Part shown: positions 27,501 through 37,145 of the stretch, piece after piece
Layout: each line of letters starts with the position of its first letter
How positions within the stretch are numbered: position 1 is the stretch's first letter
Origin: a virus
Taxonomy: Duplodnaviria; Caudoviricetes
Strand: one strand, 5' to 3'
DNA length: 53,754 nt
Virus record (IMG/VR): IMGVR_UViG_3300032218_003168
Span: 1 to 53,754 of that record
Notes under the pieces: model-generated
Told to the model about the DNA's origin: nothing
Database searches by the model: none
The model's input: only the letters and a program-made list of their open reading frames with translations
Position numbers and translations under genes: made by a program

Positions 27501-28538
27501 TCCTTTTCCAGGATTTACTCTACCAACCATAGAATTAGCATCTGGGGCAGCAATTATACTATTGCCTGTTATGGCAGTTACTGTATCTACTCTAAAAGGA
27601 TTTACTACATAGTTTCCAGCTTCATCATAAATTCTAGATGCAATAGCATCCCCTACAACAGAATAAAGATTTGCTGTTTGAACTGAATTTACAATTCTAC
27701 CATAATTGTAAAGAACAATAGGATTAAACCCAGCTGTATTTTGTGTTGCTGGATCTAATGATACAAGTGTAGGGACTAATTTTAAACGATGAGCGCCTGG
27801 AGCGTTCTGGTTTGGATAACCTAATGCATTATCTACCAAAGATATATCTTGGTTTTCTGTAATAATTGATTCTAATAATTGGAACCCAACAACGTTGTTA
27901 CCAGCATATGTTCCATATGCATTAACAAGACCATAAGTTGGTGTTAACACATTAATAAAAACACCATTTAAATAAGCTACACCAGAATCAATATGAATAC
28001 CGTGTGCTTGACCAATTGTGTTTTGTCCAGCAGTAGAATTAGAATAAGTATTAATAGTTGATATAATTTGCCCGTTAGCAGGATTTTTAATATATAATGT
28101 TTCGTTGTTACTGAATACTTTATTGTTTGCTGTTCCAGTGTTTTTATACTTTAAATAAAGAACATTAGTATTAGGATAAACAGCAGCCTTACCAGTATTA
28201 GCGAAAAGAATACCTGCAGTAAGATTTGACGTAGCGCTTGTTACAACAAGATTAGCATATGTTGTAATATCGTAAAGATTATTACTAGTATCTCTATCCG
28301 CTAAACGAACGAAATCGAGTTTAGGGTCATCAGTGATAGAGCAGCCGCTTACAATATCGCCGTTCTTAAACGCCCAGTTACCGAAATTTTCAAACTGATT
28401 TTGAAGAATACTCTGTGCTTGGGTTAGTTCACGTGCTTGAACTGCAACACCAGGTCTAAACAGAATACGATAATACTCATTATTTGCATCATAATCGTCA
28501 AAATATGGAGCAACGTTTAAGTCAGTGTTTAGTGGCAT
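24549..28538 (-). CDS. DUF4815/VrlC-like large structural protein, N-terminal half, ending in a peptidase-S74-like chaperone domain
   Basis: NVAPYFDD, LFRPG.AVQARELTQ.QSILQ, APGAHRLK, RRYTMKD...L..RI.NLEYY, RFKNG. C-terminal YSDIRLKRNI...GVMAQEV....P.AV......VNY. Confidence 0.85.
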   Translation of the reverse strand: MPLNTDLNVAPYFDDYDANNEYYRILFRPGVAVQARELTQAQSILQNQFENFGNWAFKNGDIVSGCSITDDPKLDFVRLADRDTSNNLYDITTYANLVVTSATSNLTAGILFANTGKAAVYPNTNVLYLKYKNTGTANNKVFSNNETLYIKNPANGQIISTINTYSNSTAGQNTIGQAHGIHIDSGVAYLNGVFINVLTPTYGLVNAYGTYAGNNVVGFQLLESIITENQDISLVDNALGYPNQNAPGAHRLKLVPTLVSLDPATQNTAGFNPIVLYNYGRIVNSVQTANLYSVVGDAIASRIYDEAGNYVVNPFRVDTVTAITGNSIIAAPDANSMVGRVNPGKGYAQGYPVGYDITQYINPLRRGTDKQTNLEQQITFSYGNYFVVNELAGSFNFTKAETISLYDTAQQAITNKFWNSLTPIGSSIGTASIRCFTYNGGLIGSNTATYIIHVFNVVMNSGKNVNQVKSIYYSSGSKGVADLYSSLQQPSNAKQLYSFGFKGLANLRDSSNNLHTQYTYRTKISTTMNTSGDLTYTLTSSQPGGTDILPYGVTTLPDIDASSFTLVATANVDSAALTGTVAVSSTSNTVTGSGGTSFNTQFNPYDTIKITNSTATMIRTVVSVSGASSMVVDAPFTRTESGDTYYKTYRAGKVIPIQYNVTGPQSYVQVTNSTSFNINTQEIPSSSLAVDVIFDVLRTTTIPAKKVINKRRYVKINVANNAAGVKGPWCLGFSDIHQVRNVYGSTDGTYSANNSNITTLFTYDTGQRDTHYDLGYLYPTAGFDTSIANTLLVELDYFTTNTSSGVGFYTIESYPIDDANTANNTGITTINMPLYVDSSGYKNTLRDLIDFRTPSTITAADTGNVTYDANNNPTSASVITAVSSATINPSNTLTLSIPTSGLNFPSYGKNLQSDYTMYLPRKDLVFITPDNILKIKEGISSISPQDPLYPDNSMALAVLNIPPYPSLTSDQSEQLFALNKLSTTLVRDTSSAVSTKPVTNRRYTMKDVGVLDNRITNLEYYVSLNVLEQKTSSMTVTDANGLNRFKNGIFADPLNDYGLGDTSNPEWSLALDRDNSIGRPSIVREVVNIQFDNMAVSTNVQKTGRVITLPYTETSQLAQPFATKIRSAAHVSQAWNGSLIVIPPYDNHADGETTASISITVDTSAPFEQFAKSPMGTVYGDWRTTSQVTRTTVTTGTAVPSVVDLGSLGVFRGADLAIEHVQAVALANLQARFPNVTFGNISYNLVYSDIRLKRNISFIGKLVNGLNLYKYRYLWSDIFYVGVMAQEVIKIIPDAVVYNRSGYMMVNYNKVGIPFLTWDSFSTAKKLAF

Positions 28539-28551
28539 TTTTATTTCCTAA

Positions 28552-30132
28552 TTAAACTTTAATAATCAATCTGAAAGATTCTGTTCTGTTGTTAGCACGC
28601 TGAACGTTTGAAACGTTTTGTATATATAACGGGACTATGTTTTTAGCATAAAGGTCACCAATTGTATTTATGCTGATTATAGTGGACACTGTTCCATTAC
28701 TTACAGTATCTCCATCAGCAAAATATTTATCTCCAGACAAATAAAGAACTGTTGAATTTGAAAACGCTACCGTTCCAACAGCATTAGTATTAGAGCTTGT
28801 AATCTTATCGCCAACGTTATAAATTTTTGAAGGCGAAACTGTTGCTTTTAATACTTGACTGAATGTATTTGCCGAAGTTCTAGCACCAATAGCAGTATTT
28901 GATAATATTTTATATGGATTTTTAATGATACCTATTTTATTGTATTGAATTTCTGTAGGAAGTGTACTCAATTCGCTATTTGCAAAATAAAAACTTACAA
29001 TAAATCCTTCACAATTTAATTCGTTTGCTGGATCAGCTCCATGTCCGCCTGGAGGAGGAACAATAGCATAAGCCGAAGCACCAATACCATAACTTGTATT
29101 ACTTACGATAGAAACGTTACACCAAGTAACACCTGTTCCATTATTCAACATTGTAACGCCATATACAGAATTTGATGTAGTATTTACTACAGAATATCCT
29201 GCAGGAACAGATGATGAATCAGCATCGCTTGTAAAAATAACTCTTGGTGAAATATAATAGCTTGTTCCATTATTACCAGCAGTTACAGAACTAAGATCTA
29301 TATTTGCATTTAAAGTAACAAATTTACCTGTTGTATTTACAGTATAATTTGTTATGTATCTTAACTGACCAGTAGCAGTTCCAGAATTGTAAAAATAAAT
29401 GCCGTTTTGAGTATAAAAATTAGCATCCGTCGAAGAGTTGTTCGCAATTTGAATAATAGTTCCGTTATTATTATAACCCTGAACGTATACGTTAGCAGTT
29501 ATTGAATTACTTCCCTGTGGGTTACCAGCATAAGAAATATATCCATTACCACCGTTAGTAATAGCTACAACTTCGACACCGCTATTTTCGTAAGCAGTAG
29601 AAACTGTAGTTGGATTAGGAACAATCGGTATATATGAAGAAGTTGAAAATCTAGAATAAGTAGCAGCACTTATCGAAGTTATATATCTCCAAATATATCC
29701 ATCACCTGGATTAAAAGAACTAGCCTGTACCAAAGAAGGAGGTATAGTTGATGGATTACCGTTGGCGTTATCGATACATTTATAAACCAAATACGAACCA
29801 CCAGCGGTGACGGGAGCTACAATAGCGTAACAACTTGTATTAGAACCAATAAAATCTACTGTATTATCATACCTATTATATACGGTATTTGAAACCCACT
29901 GAACATAATTTATCATTGGTAAAATATCTGTATTAGCAAGTTTTTTACCAAATAAAAGATTCCATTCATTTATGAATTTTGAATTATAATCATCTGTGGT
30001 AACGACTGGAGTTATATTAACATAAGGAACAGGACCAGCGGCGAAAGCATAATACTGAGAAGTGTTTGATGTTATGTTAGTAACAATTTCATCAATTATA
30101 GCTTTTTTATAATTAGAAAGTAACGTTCCCAT
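28552..30132 (-). CDS. gp8: Baseplate wedge subunit gp8-like
   Basis: W.....Y..YD, VYKCIDN, DGY.W.Y, PP.GHG.D...EL, IGIIKNP and R....E....II motifs. Confidence 0.85.
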   Translation of the reverse strand: MGTLLSNYKKAIIDEIVTNITSNTSQYYAFAAGPVPYVNITPVVTTDDYNSKFINEWNLLFGKKLANTDILPMINYVQWVSNTVYNRYDNTVDFIGSNTSCYAIVAPVTAGGSYLVYKCIDNANGNPSTIPPSLVQASSFNPGDGYIWRYITSISAATYSRFSTSSYIPIVPNPTTVSTAYENSGVEVVAITNGGNGYISYAGNPQGSNSITANVYVQGYNNNGTIIQIANNSSTDANFYTQNGIYFYNSGTATGQLRYITNYTVNTTGKFVTLNANIDLSSVTAGNNGTSYYISPRVIFTSDADSSSVPAGYSVVNTTSNSVYGVTMLNNGTGVTWCNVSIVSNTSYGIGASAYAIVPPPGGHGADPANELNCEGFIVSFYFANSELSTLPTEIQYNKIGIIKNPYKILSNTAIGARTSANTFSQVLKATVSPSKIYNVGDKITSSNTNAVGTVAFSNSTVLYLSGDKYFADGDTVSNGTVSTIISINTIGDLYAKNIVPLYIQNVSNVQRANNRTESFRLIIKV

Positions 30133-32399
30133 TATACGTTCACCATAGTTTTAACGTATTTAAATACTGAATTAGCTAACGATGGAGTTACAGTAAATGT
30201 AACGATACCTCCGCCAAGGGAAACTGAATAACTTGGAACTGAAACAGTATTTGATGTTATAATACCATATTCTGCAAGATAAGCTGTGCTACCGTCATGC
30301 ATTACTTTAACAGTTGATGTTTGATAATATTGGCCATTAGCATTTACTGAAATTTCATATGTAACAGATCGATAAGATGCAATAGCAAATGTATCTAAAG
30401 TTTGCGCTGAATTCGCTGCAGCTGACAATGCGTTAGATACAATAGTAGCGTAACCAAGATTAACAACATTAGCATTAACAACGTTGGCACTTACCGTAAC
30501 AGTATTAGCTAATATAGTACCAGTAAATGTAATTGTATTAGAGAACGATTGTGTATTAGTCCATGCAAATTGTGCGTTTACGTTTGTAGCTGGTGTGGCA
30601 GCGCCCCAATAAACTGACTGACCAGCGCCGCCAGAATAAAGAACATATCCAGCTGTACCAGTATTAGAAGCGCCATTAGCAGCTATTGTGCTAGATAAAA
30701 CGACTGGACCACTGAATGTAATTGTATTAGAGAATGACTGTGTATTAGTCCAGGCATACTGCGATGCTACGTTAGTTGTAATAGAACCAAGAGAAACCCA
30801 ATAAGTTACAGAACCGTTTGACGTAAGAACCTGACCAGAAAGACCAGCAGAACCGTTAGCAATAAATGCTGAGTTTGTAGCAAGTACGATATTAGCGTTA
30901 TGTGTGTGTACGTTAGTAAATGTAAATGCTGCTGAAGTATTTACAACAGCAGAACTCAAACGAGCATCAGGTAAAGTACCAGAAGATATATTCGTAGCAT
31001 TAGTATAGTATGCTGGAAGTTGACCACCAAAATTATTAGCATTAGCAGCAGTTAAAGTTGCAACGTTAGCAGATAGAGTAGAGTTTTTCTGATACCCCTG
31101 ACCAACAACATAAGCTGTGGTTGCTAATTGAGTTGTGTTTGTATCAGCTGCAGCTGTTGGAGCTAAAGGTGTTCCAGTAAATGTTGGTGAAGCTAGAAGA
31201 GCATAAGAAGCAGCTGATGTATTTCCAAGATTATTTGCATTAGTTGCAGTACCAGTATAAATTGTAGCGTTTACTGTGGCATAAACTGTAGCATTACCAG
31301 CATAGAAAGTATTAGCTTGAATCGTTCCAAGTGTAGTACCAGCTGGATCGCCAACAGCAGCATCTGTAGATGTATCATAATATGTAAGGAATGCATTTGA
31401 CTGATTTATAGAAAGCAAAGCTTGTTTATCGCCACCAAGATAATAGTGGTAAGCTGTACCAATTATTTTACCATCATTGGTAGTCCATGGAGCTAAGTTA
31501 GCTTGAGTGTGAAGACTGATAACAGAGTCAAGAACAACAAGGTTGTTAGCGCCGATAACAACGCTGTTACCAGAAATAGTTAAGTTGCCAGAGATAGAAA
31601 GGTTACCAGAAATAACACCAGAACCAGTTATGTTAAGGTTAGCGCCTTGAACCATACCAGTAGAATAAATACCACTTGAGTTTGCTAACACAACGCCAGC
31701 AACGTTTGCTGATGTTACAGCATTAAATGTTCCTGTATTTGTAGCGCCAGTTGTTGTAAAATTAGCAGCATTAGCAAGACCAGTAGAATAAACACCAGTC
31801 GTATTAGCAATAAAATTCGTACCAACAGTATGCGATGCAGCATTTACCGTTGTTGTATAAACGCCAGTCGTATTGGCAATAGTAGCAGCATTGATGTTCA
31901 AACCAGCCGTTGTCAAATATGCATTTGTTGTATTATTTCCGATAAAAATAATTGTATCGTTAGCAATAGTAGCGCCAGAACCAGTGGTTAAATCTGTAGC
32001 AGAACCAGTATAAAGACCTGTAGAGTTTACAGTAACAGATCCACCGATAGTATACGAAACAGCATTCATTGTTCCAGTAGTATAAACACCAGCACCATTA
32101 GCAATAAAATTTGTACCTACTGTAATTGATAGAGCGTTTACTGTACCAGTAGTGTAGAAACCAGAAGTGTTTCCTATACTATTAGCTGAAGCATTGGCGA
32201 GTAGTATAGAAATACCAGAGAACGAAGTCGAATTTACCGTAGCGTTTACAGTGCTGTTGCCGACAGTCACATTGTTACTGATTAACGCATTTGCATAAAG
32301 TTCATTGAAATTGCTATTGATGTATCCGAATGCTGTACGTAGAGGAGTGCCGTCCCCAAAGTTTGCTGATGAGCCAGTATTTACGGTAAGTTTTGACAC
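30132..32399 (-). CDS. Baseplate-attached fibre with a gp9/gp10-like N-terminal motif
   Basis: N-terminus (N.G..AN.G.G..LR.AF..IN.NF.ELY) resembles the T4 gp9/gp10 N-terminal motif. SPTFTGTP.APT...TNTTQLATTAYV fibre motif. GTG start with a GAGGA SD. Confidence 0.7.
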   Translation of the reverse strand: MSKLTVNTGSSANFGDGTPLRTAFGYINSNFNELYANALISNNVTVGNSTVNATVNSTSFSGISILLANASANSIGNTSGFYTTGTVNALSITVGTNFIANGAGVYTTGTMNAVSYTIGGSVTVNSTGLYTGSATDLTTGSGATIANDTIIFIGNNTTNAYLTTAGLNINAATIANTTGVYTTTVNAASHTVGTNFIANTTGVYSTGLANAANFTTTGATNTGTFNAVTSANVAGVVLANSSGIYSTGMVQGANLNITGSGVISGNLSISGNLTISGNSVVIGANNLVVLDSVISLHTQANLAPWTTNDGKIIGTAYHYYLGGDKQALLSINQSNAFLTYYDTSTDAAVGDPAGTTLGTIQANTFYAGNATVYATVNATIYTGTATNANNLGNTSAASYALLASPTFTGTPLAPTAAADTNTTQLATTAYVVGQGYQKNSTLSANVATLTAANANNFGGQLPAYYTNATNISSGTLPDARLSSAVVNTSAAFTFTNVHTHNANIVLATNSAFIANGSAGLSGQVLTSNGSVTYWVSLGSITTNVASQYAWTNTQSFSNTITFSGPVVLSSTIAANGASNTGTAGYVLYSGGAGQSVYWGAATPATNVNAQFAWTNTQSFSNTITFTGTILANTVTVSANVVNANVVNLGYATIVSNALSAAANSAQTLDTFAIASYRSVTYEISVNANGQYYQTSTVKVMHDGSTAYLAEYGIITSNTVSVPSYSVSLGGGIVTFTVTPSLANSVFKYVKTMVNV

Positions 32400-32410
32400 G
32401 TTTTATCCTC

Positions 32411-34870
32411 TTAAATTGATACGAATAGCTGGTCAGCAGTATTAATCGAATTATCAGCTGTTATTACTGTCATATCGGCTGTTAGATAATAAGCAACAAC
32501 ATTATTTATTTCCATTGCAGACTCATCGTATAGAATAGAACTTAGTTCTGTGTTTAATTCAGAAAGTTGAAATTGACCGAATAACTCTGAGCCAGCGGAG
32601 TGAAAAGTATTATACAGTACATCTTTGTATTTATCAAGTGTTGCAGAAGTTTTAAGCTGATAAGAGAAATCTTGATAGAAATAACTGTCCTGAATATACT
32701 TGTCAGAATTTAAGAAACTTTTTGTACTCTCCCAATATCCAGGTGATTTACCTATACCAGTTTTTTTAACACGCCCTGTTACCTGACTAGCAGTGTTATA
32801 TTCTGCTACGTTGGCTGTCAAATATGCGCCAGAACCGTTAGCGGATTTTACAATAATTAATGGTGAAGAATCGTAACCAGAACCATTAGATGTTAATGTT
32901 GCAGAAGTAATAATACCATTTGTATAAGATAGGCTCGTGACATTTGAATGCAAACCAGTAACATTATTACTGTATACTAATGCATTACTTTGGAATGTTC
33001 CAGAATTAACGTTAACGACCATAACAGTTGAGTTAACTGTGAAAATCGATCCATTTGCAGTGTTAGAAGTACTGCTTACGTTTTGGAATACAAAATCACC
33101 ACCAGTATAAGTTCCAGCTGTTGTAGATGCAGCATTTAAAGTAAGAGTAACAGAAGAACCAGTTGTTACCGTTCCCTTTGCATAACTGACGAAAGGTCCG
33201 CCACCTGTGAATACTAAAGTATCGCCGTTAGAATAGTTTGATCCACCACCAAGAACATTGATAGAAGATAAACCACCAGCAAGATACATTTCAACGAATT
33301 CGTTTTCTACATAACCTTTACCAGAATTAATAGCACTAACTGTTTTTACTACGTTTCCATTAACAACAGCGTAAGAGCTTGTTACGACAGCGTCTGTTCC
33401 GCCTGGTAATCCATTGATATCATATTGAGCAAAGTTAGATGCGAAAATAGGAGGAGCTAGTCTAGCCTTAGCAGATGGAGTCGAATTATTAGTTGGTGGA
33501 CCATAAAGAATTACAGCTGTTGTGTTTGGTACGCTTTTAATAATAGCATATTCAGCAGTGCCGCTAACAGAAGCATTCGCTTGTAGAAAAATAGTATCGT
33601 TAGCAGCATAATAATACTGAGCATTTGCAGTTCCGAAAGATACAGTGTTAGATGCTGTATTATACGTAGCATTGCCTGAAATTACATTTGACGTTATTAC
33701 TGATCTAACGAATATAAAAGCCGCATTCGTATAACCGTTACCAGATACGATATTTGTTAATGATGAAATAGATCCAAAATCGGCGCTTGTATAATTTAAT
33801 ACTGTTGATATAGCAGAAGAAACGTTCGCTGTTGGGCTAGTTGGAAAATTAAATTGAGCAGCATTCAAAAGAGTATTAGCATAATCGATAATAAGATCTG
33901 TATTATATGAGTAATTTTGAATTGACGAAATACCATTAACGGCGAAACCAGCACCGCTACCAGTAGTATCGTTTGTTCCTTTGTAAACAAAAACTAAAGG
34001 ATTATTGGCATAACCAAAACCACCACTAGTAAGATCAAATGTTAAAGCTCCATTAGCTCCAATTTTACTTACGCTTGTTACTTTTACAACACCATTAACA
34101 CCCTTAGAAACAATTTTATTTGTTGATGGTTCTTTGTGAACAACTTTAAGAATATCGCCTAAATTAAAATTTTGACCACCATTAATGATATTAATTGAAT
34201 CCATAGACCCAATAACTGTTGGTGCATTTAAAATAGCAGTAGAGTTTGACTGTTGTCCTTGTTCTACAATTTTTTCACCGATAACAAAAGAGCCACCTTG
34301 CGGCTGTATATTTGAAAGATATAACGAAGAGATAAGACTGTAATTTACAGGTTCTTTACCATAGCTTTCAATAATTGCAGTTGTATTTGATGAAAGACCG
34401 ATAACTGATTTACCAATATAATCAGCGAGTGCTGGAGTATCAGTTACTTCAACATATGTTGGTTGGTTCCATTTATTATCAGATGGTTTTAGAATATCAC
34501 TACCAGGTAGATAAACGTCTATATCCTGATTGTAGATAAGTTTGAATAATAATTTATAGCATTGAATAGTACCCTTTGAACGATATACATCAAGGATATG
34601 TTTTAAAAGATATCTAGGATTAACAATTACTTCAAAAGGGATACCATAAAGATACTTTTGCTGGAAATGAGTTAGAAAACTGTCTAATGTATTATCAATA
34701 TCACGATAATCCATAAGAGTACGAGCCTGGCGAATAACCTGACCTTCAGTTTCCATCCATTCATAATACGCTTTAACAAACAATACAAAATTTGGACCCT
34801 CAGTAAGATAAAACTGAGGGAACTGAGACTCAACGAAATTCGATATCGTTTTTTCTGTTTCAAAATTCAT
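32411..34870 (-). CDS. Baseplate wedge subunit (gp7-like)
   Basis: FV.F.KAYYE, YRSKGT...KLLF, ILKPSD..W, C-terminal IQDS.FYQDFSY...H.AG...FG; lies between gp6 and gp8. Confidence 0.75.
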   Translation of the reverse strand: MNFETEKTISNFVESQFPQFYLTEGPNFVLFVKAYYEWMETEGQVIRQARTLMDYRDIDNTLDSFLTHFQQKYLYGIPFEVIVNPRYLLKHILDVYRSKGTIQCYKLLFKLIYNQDIDVYLPGSDILKPSDNKWNQPTYVEVTDTPALADYIGKSVIGLSSNTTAIIESYGKEPVNYSLISSLYLSNIQPQGGSFVIGEKIVEQGQQSNSTAILNAPTVIGSMDSINIINGGQNFNLGDILKVVHKEPSTNKIVSKGVNGVVKVTSVSKIGANGALTFDLTSGGFGYANNPLVFVYKGTNDTTGSGAGFAVNGISSIQNYSYNTDLIIDYANTLLNAAQFNFPTSPTANVSSAISTVLNYTSADFGSISSLTNIVSGNGYTNAAFIFVRSVITSNVISGNATYNTASNTVSFGTANAQYYYAANDTIFLQANASVSGTAEYAIIKSVPNTTAVILYGPPTNNSTPSAKARLAPPIFASNFAQYDINGLPGGTDAVVTSSYAVVNGNVVKTVSAINSGKGYVENEFVEMYLAGGLSSINVLGGGSNYSNGDTLVFTGGGPFVSYAKGTVTTGSSVTLTLNAASTTAGTYTGGDFVFQNVSSTSNTANGSIFTVNSTVMVVNVNSGTFQSNALVYSNNVTGLHSNVTSLSYTNGIITSATLTSNGSGYDSSPLIIVKSANGSGAYLTANVAEYNTASQVTGRVKKTGIGKSPGYWESTKSFLNSDKYIQDSYFYQDFSYQLKTSATLDKYKDVLYNTFHSAGSELFGQFQLSELNTELSSILYDESAMEINNVVAYYLTADMTVITADNSINTADQLFVSI

Positions 34871-34874
34871 TTAA

Positions 34875-36710
34875 TTACTTTTGTGTAGGAATTATGTTAA
34901 TGGACACATCAGTTAAATCAATAACAAGAATTTTATCTCTGCTTACTAAAATATCTTTATTATAAGGCACCATATAAATTGAAATATAATTTCCATAAGA
35001 AGAAGTTACTAAATTTGTTATATTTACAAGCCCCGTTGAATAATTTACAGACCCTATAGATGGATTTAATACTGTAAAAGTATTCTGAATATTAGTATAA
35101 ACAACTAGTTTTCCGTAATTATCATCACGGATGAAAGCATTGTTCCAAGCAACTCCACTAGAATCAACATATGTAAAAGAAGAAGAAGTAACTACAGGTT
35201 CGTCATAAAATGGTTCACCACCAGAATAACCTATAGAGGCATTTCTATATTCTTGTTCTGTTGGATTATTAAATTCAATAACAAATGTAGAAGGATAATT
35301 CAATAAAGGACTGATACGTTTAATCATTTTGATTTTAGTATCGTTACTAGTAATGCTACTGTCTGTATTATCAATCGCAGCTGTAAATTTACTGTATCTA
35401 AAATCTTTATTGAATAACTGGAGATTGTTTTCAGAAAAATTATAAATTGTGTCAGTAATTAAACTATTCAGTAGAGAAATAGATTTAGTTGTAGATGTTG
35501 GTTCGTACTGTACAGTAGTATCAACATAACAATAGATATATTGCGGATCAGTTATAACAACTCTATTTGGTAAAGCAATATAATTCGCAAGATAATTTAT
35601 TATCTGCCCTTTAAGATAATCAGGAGCGATAAGACCACCCGCTGGTTTCAAACAAAGAGCAACAGAACCATATTGTTTTGGATTTAATAATTCGCCACCA
35701 TAAACGTTAACACCTTCGATCTGAGTAAAATTACTCATTACCAGAGATGAATAGTCGTCGTTAGTGACAGCTCTCTGCTGTGATGCGAAATATCTTGGCG
35801 CTTCGAATCTGATAGATTCTATTGATTGAGAGTTAGAACTTTTTGTACTTGGAGTGTTTGCGGTTGCAAAAGATGCACTAATAGATTGTGCATAATTACT
35901 TGTTGTTAAATCGCTTATTAAATTAAATTTAGTAACACCATCCGCATCAGTACCAGCAGATAATCTATAGTTAACGATTATAGTAGCACCATTTACTGGA
36001 ATACGGCCAAATAAACCGTCGCCGAAAACAATTTCATATTGATTGCTTTGTGCACCCTGTAAAAAGTATATGTTAGAAGTTTCATTGAGATTAAATAAAT
36101 TTTCGGCTTTTGTAAATATTGTAGGAATGGTCGAATTATTTTCATATACAGAAACAGTTAAACTATCCGTATCAATATTTGGATTTGAAAGTAGGAAAGT
36201 TTGTGTTGGTTGTGTTATATCGATAGTAAATGATTCGTTTATATACACACCTTCAGAAACACTTAAACCATTTATAGAATATGTATTTGAACTGGAAATG
36301 TATGTTGTAGTCTCTGTAGTAGAAAATGTATAACTACCGTTAGCGTTCGTACCAATAAATTTCGTTCCTTTTGGAATAGTGAAAGGATTAGAAATTCTGT
36401 CTGTACCTACAGTAAACGAAATATTTGCTGAAGAGGATTTATATGATCTAGGAACGTAGTTAAGTTCTTTAGCATGCGATACGATAGAGTTATACTTCTG
36501 AGCCGAATCTAAAAACATTTCAGATGCAACCATATTAAGATAAAACGAATTCATAAATGTGTTATAGCTCATAACATCAATTAAAGTGCTAATATTAGAA
36601 GCACCAAAATTATAGTCTTTAAAAGTATCTTGTGATTGCAGATACGTAATAAAATTTTGTTTTAATGTATTAAAATCTAATGATGTTAGATCTATTGAAC
36701 TATTGGCCAT
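34875..36710 (-). CDS. gp6: Baseplate wedge subunit gp6
   Basis: LDF..LK, DYNF..S, EMFLDSA, FGDG.FG, Q.RAVT.DDY motifs. Confidence 0.93.
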   Translation of the reverse strand: MANSSIDLTSLDFNTLKQNFITYLQSQDTFKDYNFGASNISTLIDVMSYNTFMNSFYLNMVASEMFLDSAQKYNSIVSHAKELNYVPRSYKSSSANISFTVGTDRISNPFTIPKGTKFIGTNANGSYTFSTTETTTYISSSNTYSINGLSVSEGVYINESFTIDITQPTQTFLLSNPNIDTDSLTVSVYENNSTIPTIFTKAENLFNLNETSNIYFLQGAQSNQYEIVFGDGLFGRIPVNGATIIVNYRLSAGTDADGVTKFNLISDLTTSNYAQSISASFATANTPSTKSSNSQSIESIRFEAPRYFASQQRAVTNDDYSSLVMSNFTQIEGVNVYGGELLNPKQYGSVALCLKPAGGLIAPDYLKGQIINYLANYIALPNRVVITDPQYIYCYVDTTVQYEPTSTTKSISLLNSLITDTIYNFSENNLQLFNKDFRYSKFTAAIDNTDSSITSNDTKIKMIKRISPLLNYPSTFVIEFNNPTEQEYRNASIGYSGGEPFYDEPVVTSSSFTYVDSSGVAWNNAFIRDDNYGKLVVYTNIQNTFTVLNPSIGSVNYSTGLVNITNLVTSSYGNYISIYMVPYNKDILVSRDKILVIDLTDVSINIIPTQK

Positions 36711-37136
36711 TTATCTGACTCTTTTTACGTAAATGCTGATAGAAAGCGGTTGCGTTGTATTTATTAAAGAAAAAACAATATTGATCGTAACAGCCGTTTC
36801 AGTTCTATCTTGAGATACGTCAACTGATATAAGATTTACTCTAGGTTCATATTGTTGAACTGCTAAAGTAACATATCGTTTAACGTCTTCAACAAAAAAA
36901 GGATCGAATAATTCAAACAGTGACTTGTTTATGTTCGAACCAAATAAAGGATTAAAAGGTTTTTCTCCTAAATTAGTTAAGATTAAATTTCGTAAAGACT
37001 GTTTAACCGAATCAGCATTTTTTAAAACAACAAGTTGCTGAGTAATAGGATGAACTGTAAGATCGTTTGTGAAATCGCTATACGTCTGTTGAACGTATAG
37101 CGTTTCAGTGATTTTATCAGCTCTAGTAATTGCCAT
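36711..37136 (-). CDS. gp25: Baseplate wedge subunit gp25
   Basis: SVKQSLRNLILT..GEKPF.P.FGS and YEPRV motifs. Confidence 0.93.
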   Translation of the reverse strand: MAITRADKITETLYVQQTYSDFTNDLTVHPITQQLVVLKNADSVKQSLRNLILTNLGEKPFNPLFGSNINKSLFELFDPFFVEDVKRYVTLAVQQYEPRVNLISVDVSQDRTETAVTINIVFSLINTTQPLSISIYVKRVR

Positions 37137-37145
37137 TTATTTTTC

